A stretch of DNA of 64,000 bases from Thecamonas trahens ATCC 50062 (Eukaryota; Protista; Apusomonadida), in the NCBI RefSeq assembly GCF_000142905.1, contig NW_013657676.1:434001-498000 (forward strand), in the 5' to 3' direction. The position numbers were made by a program, and so were the translations under genes. The notes below the pieces were generated by a model. It was not told where the DNA came from, did not search any database, and worked only from the letters and a program-made list of their open reading frames with translations. The first letter of the stretch is position 1. Every line of letters begins with the position of its first letter. Shown here in pieces: positions 56,052 to 64,000 of this stretch.

Positions 56052-57550
56052 ATGCTGCGTGGTCTCAACAAGAAGATCAGCAGATCCAAGCAGAAGCTGA
56101 TGCAGAAGATCGGCAAGGCCGACTCGACGACTGATGACGAATACGATGTGCTTGCTGCAGACTTTGAGGCCCTCGATGAGGCCGTGGCGTCGATGGCCGC
56201 CGCCACCTCCAGGTACGTCTCCGCGCTCCGAAGCCTCACAGCCGCGCGAGAAGACATTGCCGACGCGCTGGGCTTTATGTTCAAGACCTCGCGTGAGAAG
56301 GACGGCGATCTTGGGACCGCCGCACGAGCGTTTGTCTCGGGCCAAAACAAACTAGGAGGCATGACCTCGGTCGCTGTCGCCCAGATCGAGGCCTACTGCT
56401 TCTCGGCCCTCAACGACTACACTGCCGCCTTTGCCCCGCTCCGCACCGAGATGAAGAACCGCGAAAAGTACCTGCTCGACTATGATCGCTTCCGCCGCCA
56501 GCTCGACTCGCTCATCGAGAAGGGCGCCAAAGAAGGCAAGATCATCAAAGTCCGCGAGTCCATGGGCAAGGCCCAGACCCGCTACGACGCCCAGAACCGT
56601 CGCGTCTCCCGCGACCTCATCCGCTTCTTTGATGCCCGCGTCACCATTCTCGAGCCAGTCTTCCAAGCTTTTGCCAAGGCCGAGGAGGAGTACATCACCG
56701 CCTTTCAGATCGAGGCCATGCGGACTCGCTCCCTGCTCCCTGGCTTGGCCAGCAACCGAAGCGTCGGCCTCCACCCCACACAGGGAAGCGATCCAGACAT
56801 CCGCCCACGCGCTGCCTCGATCCCAGTCCATCTTGATTCGTCGCTCCACAATATGGGCGAGCTATCGCTCTCAGGCGACCCGTCGCTCACGCTCCCGTCA
56901 TCGTCTAGTCTGTTGCAACTGCCGCACAGCGCGCCGACGTCGCCGACCGCCTCCATTCCCCCGCTGGTAGCTCCTCCTCCTTCCACCGTGCCTCCCACGC
57001 CTGACTCGGACTCGAACCCGCTTCCACCGCCCATCTCTACCGCTGGCCTCTTGCCTGCAGACATGCAAGCCCGCCGTGACAAGGCCCGTGATCGCATCGC
57101 CAAGCTCACACTCAGCCGCGCCGAATACGTCATCAACCTCGAAATCTTCGAGCCCGACACCGACGAGTACGAAGAGTCCCAGTTTCACATCGAGCGCATT
57201 GACGTCGAGCTTGCCAACGCCCGTCGTGAAGAGTCTGCCATGGAAGACGGCATCCGCGCCCACCTCGCAGCCAACATCGCCCCACTGTCCAACCCGAGCG
57301 GGCTCCCGATCCGAACCCGCTTCCCACTGCAGACCTTCTCAACCAGACCCGCGTTGTTCTCATCGCCATTCACGACTACTCTGCACTTGCCGACGATCAA
57401 GTCTCATTCGTCACAGGCGATTCAATGATTGTTGCCGCACTGCTCTCGCCGCAATGGTACCAGGGCATGGTCCAGCGGACCGGCGACTTTGGCAAGATCC
57501 CCGCCCACCTCGTCACCATCTCCTCCAACCCGTCGACCTCCTCGTCCTAG
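56052..57550 (+). CDS. Amphiphysin/Rvs167-like N-BAR + Pro-rich + SH3 protein; 1-nt frameshift near 57280-57325
   Basis: LNKKISRSKQKLMQKIGKADSTTDDEY and REKYLLDYD (N-BAR). The -1 frame encodes AIHDYSALADDQVSF..GD...WYQG....GKIPAHLV (SH3), ending TAG at 57550. Confidence 0.87.
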
Positions 57551-57735
57551 CCAAGCCACGTCCGCGTTTACAACTGCGCCGCGACTCCTCCGCGCACACC
57601 ACCCGCTACCCGCTCCACTCAATCCCGTACCGCAAGCCCTAGTCGTCATCTGCCCCCACCGCCCTTTTCGCCGTCGCAAACTCGCGGCTCCAAGGCCTCG
57701 CCGCTGCAGCCGTCCTTGTTGCCTCATTTGTTGCC

Positions 57736-58253
57736 TCACTTCTTGGTAGCCAGATAAATGACTACGCTCAGAATCACAATCGCCACAATCAACGTCATGA
57801 TGCCGCCACTGTCACCCGCCGTCGTATCCCCACATCGCCCTCAATAGTGAGCTGAGTGCCGCTTGCCACAAACACAACCATGGAACCCGGCCTGCGCGCC
57901 ACCAGCGAACCGTTCCCACCGCCTCCCCCCCCCCCCACACACACACAGACACACACATACGCAGCTTTTGCCTTGCGGGTGAGGACAATGACCCGCTTGG
58001 TCTCATTCTGCACCTTGCGCGACGACTTCTCGGTGTGCTTCTCCAGGTCGTCAAGCATGTCAATCTGGGCGTCGATCTCGTCGCCGAGCCGGGTGCCCAG
58101 CACCTTGCTGTTCTGCACAGAGACAAGCAGCGAGTCGAGGCCCTTGTCCTGCTCCTCCATAGTGGCCTTTTGAATCGCAAGCAAATCCTGGTTGCTCTCC
58201 TGCGGCTCGCCCCACTGCTGGTACGCCGTGTCCGACCCATCTCGACCAGCCAT
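57736..58253 (-). CDS. Short Qc-SNARE (syntaxin-8-like) with TM; exons 58253-57961 and 57808-57736
   Basis: EEQDKGLDSL...LGDEIDAQIDMLDDL...NETKRV; the phase-2 intron GTATGT..CAG yields TM GGIMTLIVAIVILSVVIYLATKK*. Confidence 0.87.
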
Positions 58254-58320
58254 GTCGAACGAGCTCGGCTGCGACAAGTGTGCTACCGGCCAAGGCCAAA
58301 GACGTCGATTTCAATCCCAC

Positions 58321-61300
58321 TCATCCTCCTCCTCCGCTCCGACGATGCAGTGCCAGCCGCAGGTCTGACCCACTCAAACGCTGCTTCTCCAACCCAAAAA
58401 GAACAGCCGTCGGCTCGATGGCCAGAACCTCCGTGTACGACTTGCCGGCGACTCGCAGCTCGTCGCCGTACGTCGCCTTGAGCACCTTGGCCGCAGCGAT
58501 GACAGCGCGTGCGCTCGCGTCCAAAGCCTTCTTCAACTTGCCACGCGACTTTTCCTCTACAAGCCGATCCGTCGACGAGCCGCGCATGAGCCGGCGAGGA
58601 TCCGATGCCTGGCTCTCAAACGCCGCAAACTCCTCCATCACAGCCTGCCGCTCCTCCACCCGCGCCGCAGCAGCCTCCCACGCCTGCAGCGCGTCCTGCA
58701 GCCATTTGCCGGTCTCGGGTTGTGAATACTTGACCGCCATCGCAAGCTTGTCCTCAGTTGAGAACGCCAGCCGCCGCCAGAGGCTATCCAGCCGTGCCAG
58801 ATTAGCCGCCTGCACCTCGGCCTCGTCAGCCGTTGCGACATCGAACAGCGGCCGCTGTGCACAGCCGTCGGCCTCGTCACCATCTCTTGCCGCCTCGCCA
58901 TTCGTGCTCGAGCCGCCACTGTCTTCGCGCACCAGTGGACGACCCACAACAGCTGAGCTCTTGCGAGCTGGCGCTCGCTCATGACTGGCACGACGTGGCA
59001 TCGACGGCGGACGCGCCACGTGCGTGCCTGCCCGAGACCGAGTCGGACGCATGCGCTTCTCGCCCTTGCCGTCTCCAGCTGGCACCAACGTCGCTGCCCG
59101 ATTGCGCTGTCGCAACGCGGGCGTCTGGTCGTCGGGCTCGGCCGCCGGCGACTCGGACGGGGTAGAGAGTGCAGCAAGCCGTGCCACAGCCTTGCCCACC
59201 TCGCCCGACGCCGCCTCGAGATTGACGCGGACCGCCAGAGGGACACCTGGCACAGAGCCGGCTGTGGCTGGCACCCGCAAGCTTCGCGCCGCGTCGCTGT
59301 CGCGCTTCTGGTCACTGCTTCGGCTCCTTGTTCCTCCGGCATCGTCATACACCGCCGCCGCAAGCCGCAGAGACGGCGACTTTGCCGCCCGAGCCTCCAG
59401 AAACTGCGTAAAGTCTTCCCGGGTAAACGGCAGTGCCCGAGGCACCCGCCGTCGCTTGCCTCGGCGTGGCGACGACGGTGGTGCCGGCGATGGTGATCCC
59501 GGTGTCGTGCCTCGCGAGTGTGGGCGGATTCGGTCGCTGGTCCGAACTGGCGACGCACGGACTGGTGATGCTCGGACCGACGATCGCCGGCCGCGCCACT
59601 TGGCGGCCAGCTTTTCCAGCGCTCTTGATCGAAGCTTGGGTGCGACAGGCTCGGCCGTGGCGTCGGCGTCGTGCCGCAAGTGTGACGTCGCCTCGGACGC
59701 CACCAGCTCGTCGCAGAGTTTCTGGACTTCAAGGTCGATGTGGGCCTCGACGTTAAAAACATCAGCCTGTGCGGCTTGCAGCCGCTTGTGGTGCTCATCA
59801 CCCACAAGAGACTGAAACGTGATTGGCGGCCGCGGCGCAAGCGCCGTCATGTGAGCCGCCACCCGCGGCGCCACCCGCGGGCCAGCCGCACGCAACGCCA
59901 GCGACTCGTCAATCGCCACATCCAGCACCTTGGGAAAGGCGGCCTTGTTGGCCGGAACTGGCTTGGCCGGGCTGCCCCTCGACCCGTCCACGCGCCCCCG
60001 TGCCGGCTTGCCCCCGTTTGGCAGTGGCTTGTTCGGTGGCCGTGGCTTGACTTCGAGTCCGGCCAGCTCAACCAGCTCAAGATCTGACGGCACGTCCAGC
60101 GACGGCTTGGTCACCTCGGGCCCAGACATGTACGGGAGGTGCGAGGTGGTGAGTACAACCGGCCGACCCGGACGCTCTCTCGCCATGGCTCGCGTCTCAT
60201 CAATGATCCGCCGCACGCCCGAGAGATCGATCGGTGCCACCCACCGATCCTTGCCCAGCTTGGGCGCTGCCGCCGCCGACTCACTCGCCCGCGCAGCCAC
60301 AGCCGCCGCTGCATGCGCAGACTGCACCCGCAGGTAGTCCTCCATCTTGTCACGAAACGATGCGGCTTTGAGCTCGGCCCGGAGCGCCGCTCCGGCCTCG
60401 GCCACAATAGCGGCGCTTGCATTGAGCACTGTTTCGGAGATCTGCCGATGCATCGAGGCATGTGAGGTGTTGAGCGAGCCGCCTGATCGCGAGCCCGAGA
60501 CCGCTGCTCCGCTTGGGCCACTCGGCGCAAGCATCGACGATAACGCCAACGACGACGACGACGACGACGACGACAATAAGCTTGTCTCTGGCGACGTCTG
60601 TCCAGACCGCGACGAGCCCGGCGACGAATTTGATGACGAGATCGACTCCAGGTCGCCCATCGACTCGACCATGACCGAGAGCATGGCCGACGATAATGCA
60701 GACATGTGCCGCAGCGAGTGAGCCTGAACAAGATGCTTGTTCTCGGCTTTGCCGCCAGCAACAGCCGCCAGACTCTTGGTCTTGACAATGGACGACGTGT
60801 CGTCGTCGTTGTTCAGCCGACGTGCTGGATGAGCCACAAGCTTGCGAGAGGCAGCAACCTGGGCCTCGAGCGAGCGCTGCTCAAAGACGGTCAGGTGGTC
60901 ACGCATCTCGCGACTCTTTTCTTGGCTCATCATTTCCTTGACCATGGCATCCCGAATGTCCGAAACCTTGATCTGCTCGCGCAGCTCTTTCCGGTACTCT
61001 TGCTCGATGCGATCGCTGTTGACCTGCTCTGGAAAGATGCCGCGCCTGTTGAGCGCCTCGCGTTTGCGATCATACTTGGACCGGAGCTTCTCCTTGACCA
61101 CTTTGATGCGAGCGTTGACAAGATCCTCGAACCGCTTGTTCTGCTCGGGCGTGAAGGCCGGATGGCTCATGTCGACGCGCTGGCTCTCCTCGGCGTGGAG
61201 CGCCTTGAGCAACACATCAGTGACAAACTCGCGCATGACCAACTTTTTGTCAGTCAGTGTCAAGCCCTGGGTGTGCTCCAGATCAGTGAGCAGGTGTTCG

Positions 61301-61998
61301 ACCACCAGCTGGACGACCTCGTTCGAAACGGTGGGATCCGCGGCGCTATTGACCTGCTGAGCCGGTGCCTCGGGCGGCGCAACCCGCGCGTACTCGGCCA
61401 GCCCAGCATAGTTGGGATCAGTCTCCAGTGCTCGTGTCGCCGATGGTGCATACCGCGCCATGGCCTCAGTGGCTGCCGACGGCCCAAAGAACTGCTGGTA
61501 GTAGTCATGGAGCGAACCGACGCGATCGAGCCGGTAAACACAGCGCTCATCAGCGAGCCCCTTTTGCACGCTTCTCTTGGCGGCGAGCTCAGACAAAGCG
61601 CCTGGCCCAGGCTGACCTGCGTCGTGAATGCCGAGCTCGACCATACGGTCGTGGATGACCCGCTCGGCCGCACGCTGGGACCTATGGCGCTTGGTCAGCC
61701 GGCGGGTCTGGTCGCCGCGAACATGCCGCTTCTTGGTAAAGTATTCCTGAACCGCGTTCCGGCGCAAATCAAGCCGATGCCGCTTGAATCGCCTCTTGAC
61801 CTGTCGCCGATGCTCGTAAGAGTTGAGCGCAGGCGCCGTCGGCGCGCCCGACGTCTTGGTCGTGTACGTCGGCGCCGACGTTGTCACCTGCCGCGCCAGC
61901 GACTCGAGCATGTTCTCCTCAGCCGTCCCACTCCCGCGCTCACCACCCCCAGCTCCTCCATACCGCACCACACTCTCTTCTTGGTCACGCCCCGCCAC
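58321..61998 (-). CDS. CCDC87-like protein (start uncertain; first ATG at 61911)
   Basis: C-terminal LDSLWRRL...KLAMAVKYS...AWEAAA..V..R...FE.QASDPRR...YGDEL...GKSY.E matches the CCDC87/MAP65-like C-terminus. Confidence 0.7.
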   Translation of the reverse strand: MAGRDQEESVVRYGGAGGGERGSGTAEENMLESLARQVTTSAPTYTTKTSGAPTAPALNSYEHRRQVKRRFKRHRLDLRRNAVQEYFTKKRHVRGDQTRRLTKRHRSQRAAERVIHDRMVELGIHDAGQPGPGALSELAAKRSVQKGLADERCVYRLDRVGSLHDYYQQFFGPSAATEAMARYAPSATRALETDPNYAGLAEYARVAPPEAPAQQVNSAADPTVSNEVVQLVVEHLLTDLEHTQGLTLTDKKLVMREFVTDVLLKALHAEESQRVDMSHPAFTPEQNKRFEDLVNARIKVVKEKLRSKYDRKREALNRRGIFPEQVNSDRIEQEYRKELREQIKVSDIRDAMVKEMMSQEKSREMRDHLTVFEQRSLEAQVAASRKLVAHPARRLNNDDDTSSIVKTKSLAAVAGGKAENKHLVQAHSLRHMSALSSAMLSVMVESMGDLESISSSNSSPGSSRSGQTSPETSLLSSSSSSSSLALSSMLAPSGPSGAAVSGSRSGGSLNTSHASMHRQISETVLNASAAIVAEAGAALRAELKAASFRDKMEDYLRVQSAHAAAAVAARASESAAAAPKLGKDRWVAPIDLSGVRRIIDETRAMARERPGRPVVLTTSHLPYMSGPEVTKPSLDVPSDLELVELAGLEVKPRPPNKPLPNGGKPARGRVDGSRGSPAKPVPANKAAFPKVLDVAIDESLALRAAGPRVAPRVAAHMTALAPRPPITFQSLVGDEHHKRLQAAQADVFNVEAHIDLEVQKLCDELVASEATSHLRHDADATAEPVAPKLRSRALEKLAAKWRGRRSSVRASPVRASPVRTSDRIRPHSRGTTPGSPSPAPPSSPRRGKRRRVPRALPFTREDFTQFLEARAAKSPSLRLAAAVYDDAGGTRSRSSDQKRDSDAARSLRVPATAGSVPGVPLAVRVNLEAASGEVGKAVARLAALSTPSESPAAEPDDQTPALRQRNRAATLVPAGDGKGEKRMRPTRSRAGTHVARPPSMPRRASHERAPARKSSAVVGRPLVREDSGGSSTNGEAARDGDEADGCAQRPLFDVATADEAEVQAANLARLDSLWRRLAFSTEDKLAMAVKYSQPETGKWLQDALQAWEAAAARVEERQAVMEEFAAFESQASDPRRLMRGSSTDRLVEEKSRGKLKKALDASARAVIAAAKVLKATYGDELRVAGKSYTEVLAIEPTAVLFGLEKQRLSGSDLRLALHRRSGGGG

Positions 61999-62560
61999 CT
62001 TGCCTTTCCCACCCTACGACAACTGTTGCCCACCCACTCCCACCTGGTTCCGGTTTCAGAGCCAACAAAGTGGAGTCACCCGCTTGGGCCACATCAGACC
62101 GCCACTTCAGCTTCGACCCCCCAGATGGACAGTAGCTGGTGCGATACGAAGACTGCACTGGATGAGACAACACAAGTTGGTTCACAGTCATGTCTCGACT
62201 CTTGCATCCTCAGGCCAGGTCAAGATCGGTGACTATGCTAGCCGAGGCCATCAGCTTGCCACAGGCCTACAGCACACAGCCATCGCACAGACTTGGCATT
62301 CTTACGACAAGCTGCACATTCATCACACACAACACTCACACTACATCCAAATACTATGTACTTTACACTGTCCATATTGACACATCCTTTTCTTCACACT
62401 CTCATCATCATGCCCATCACCATCAATCACATCTCAAACTGACTCGGTCACTGATCACAAAGGACTTCACAGTGCTCACCTCCTCCCCCGCTCCACTTCC
62501 GTATCTCTCTCTCTTCTCCCCTCCCTTCCCCCCTCAACACCCATATACATCTCTCATAAC

Positions 62561-63724
62561 ATGTCTGAAACGCCAGTGTGCACCCGTACCAACTGCGGGA
62601 AGCTTGTGGACGACGGCGAGTGTGCGTACCACCCGGCAGCTCCGGTCTTCCATGAGCGGAAGCGGACCTGGCCCTGCTGCAACGTCTCCCACACCTCGTT
62701 TGATGACTTCCTTGCTGTGCCTGGCTGCACCACCGGCCCACATCAGGTGCCTGGTGCTAGTTCTGCCGATGGTGCAAGCAAGGCAGGTCAGGCTCGCCAG
62801 CCAGCGAGCGGCAAGGTTCCGCGGTTCTATGTCCATCTCGACGCTGAGGGCGTGGGCAAGCCCGTCCCGGACTTTACCGCCGTCTTTGAGCTCGATCCTG
62901 CCAACACGCTCCGCAGAATCCGCGAGGACTTTGTCATCCAGTACAACCGCCAGCACGGGGCAGAGTATACGCTCAAGATTGCCACTGTCCGCCTGGTCGA
63001 CGGTGACGGACCGGCTGCTGCCGCGCTGGACCTTGACACCCCGCTGCCCAACGTGGTGACACCCGGCGCGGACGTGTTTTGCTCTGTCGTCACTTTTCAG
63101 CCGATTGCTACACCCGACGCGGCGCTCACACCCAATGCCGCCTCATCGTCGGCCGAGGCTGCCGAGGCTACCGCTGCGGCTACAGCTGCGGCTGCCGAGC
63201 CGCGCGATCCTAACGCGGAGCGGACATGCCTCAACTACACGTGCGGCGGCACCTTTACCGACGCGACCAATGCCGACGATGCATGCACGTTCCACCTCGC
63301 ACCGCCGTTCTTCCACGACGCCTCGCAGGGCTACCAGTGTTGCTCCCGAGTCATGTCGTTCGACGAGTTCCAGGCTATTCCGCCGTGCCAGACAGGTCCG
63401 CACTCGGACATGCCGCACGAGCTCCGCCCAGTTGTTCCCTTCCCATCGACAGACGACGAAGTCGTTTTCTCGCAGGACAAGACCACTATCTCGCTGACCT
63501 TCAATCTCCCGGGTACAGATGCCTCGGGAGTCGATGTTGACGTCGAGGACGACAACATCATGGTCATCATCTCCCGCTCCGGTGAAAAGGACTTTGTCTA
63601 CACCGTCGACCCGCTCCACGCCGAAGTCAAGCCGGGCAAGTCGTCCGTTGCCATCGACGGTGATGCTGTTGTCATCACCTTCACCAAGGCCTCCAAGGCC
63701 GAGTGGCCGGCGCTGCAGGGGTAA
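62561..63724 (+). CDS. CHORD-domain co-chaperone (CHORD, ubiquitin-like insert, CHORD, CS)
   Basis: C...CG...C.YHP..PVFHE...WPCC....F..F..VPGC..GPH occurs twice; C-terminal CS domain (FSQDKTTISLTF...VKPGKSSV...ITFTKASKAEWPAL). Confidence 0.88.
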   Translation: MSETPVCTRTNCGKLVDDGECAYHPAAPVFHERKRTWPCCNVSHTSFDDFLAVPGCTTGPHQVPGASSADGASKAGQARQPASGKVPRFYVHLDAEGVGKPVPDFTAVFELDPANTLRRIREDFVIQYNRQHGAEYTLKIATVRLVDGDGPAAAALDLDTPLPNVVTPGADVFCSVVTFQPIATPDAALTPNAASSSAEAAEATAAATAAAAEPRDPNAERTCLNYTCGGTFTDATNADDACTFHLAPPFFHDASQGYQCCSRVMSFDEFQAIPPCQTGPHSDMPHELRPVVPFPSTDDEVVFSQDKTTISLTFNLPGTDASGVDVDVEDDNIMVIISRSGEKDFVYTVDPLHAEVKPGKSSVAIDGDAVVITFTKASKAEWPALQG

Positions 63725-63742
63725 GAGCGCGCGCCTCGCCTA

Positions 63743-64000
63743 TTAAACAAACTCCGCCGTTGCATCCAGCTGCGCCTGCAACACCTTGAGCACCTGTGAG
63801 ACGTCGCCCACGTGAAGCGCGCTAGCATCCAATGTGCCTGCCGCTCCCGGCGCAAGCACAGCACCTGCAAACGCCTGAGTCCGCGCAGAGATCACGCCCT
63901 GCTGGCAGTGAAGCACCTTGATCATTCGGTCAAGCTGCTGTCGGTAGCCGTCGCGCTCGGCACGAACCAAAGCCAGCTCCTCGAGCACGACCGCCATCTC
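63743..64000 (-). CDS. 3' end of a coiled-coil hypothetical protein (runs off the window)
   Basis: Open frame LEELALVRAERDGYRQQLDRM... with stop at 63743. Confidence 0.5.
   Translation of the reverse strand, partial: EMAVVLEELALVRAERDGYRQQLDRMIKVLHCQQGVISARTQAFAGAVLAPGAAGTLDASALHVGDVSQVLKVLQAQLDATAEFV

Noticed and set aside
36-63870. Hundreds of long overlapping or antisense ORFs (e.g. 9255-10319, 59024-59815, 60706-62232)
   Set aside because: Shadow ORFs expected from high GC and strong codon bias; Arg/Pro/Ser-rich with no motifs.
1-64000. Functional gene cluster or operon; tRNA, rRNA or transposon
   Set aside because: Neighbouring genes are functionally unrelated housekeeping genes in mixed orientation; no RNA-gene, transposase or RT signatures were recognised by eye.

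Overview
Gene-dense, very GC-rich eukaryotic nuclear DNA with about 36 protein-coding genes. It has short intergenic spacers, poly-G/poly-C and (CA)n tracts near gene starts, few short GT-AG introns that are mostly 5'-located, and one 100-N assembly gap (53828-53927). Gene content and style fit a free-living unicellular amorphean protist, for example an apusomonad such as Thecamonas; this is inference, not a database match. Recognisable genes: Rieske ISP, NRS/ER rhamnose epimerase-reductase, bystin, VPS26, PP1 inhibitor-3, a bacterial-type cyclase/KynB, LIS1, a CD39-like NTPDase, a Yme2/RNA12-like ATPase, a lipase-3 membrane protein, NAA40, CENP-P, an FHA-formin, cytochrome b5, an atypical Rab, WDR11, ERMARD, GPR107/108, DOMON-b561, a UBE2Z-like E2, BAR-SH3, a STX8-like SNARE, a CCDC87-like protein and a CHORD-CS protein. 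Most notable observations: (1) a receptor combining an integrin-alpha-type FG-GAP propeller with a PSI domain; (2) a Cys-rich receptor with an integrin-beta/Sib-like double NPxY tail; (3) an S4-R3H-F-box protein; (4) a protein with 8 copies of a YRTDRVxF motif; (5) a GW/WG-repeat protein; (6) introns whose acceptors are preceded by G-rich rather than pyrimidine tracts; (7) a 78% AT island; (8) at least 7 single-base frameshifts, most likely homopolymer sequencing errors. No rRNA, tRNA, CRISPR array or transposase was recognised. All family calls are from motif recognition by eye.
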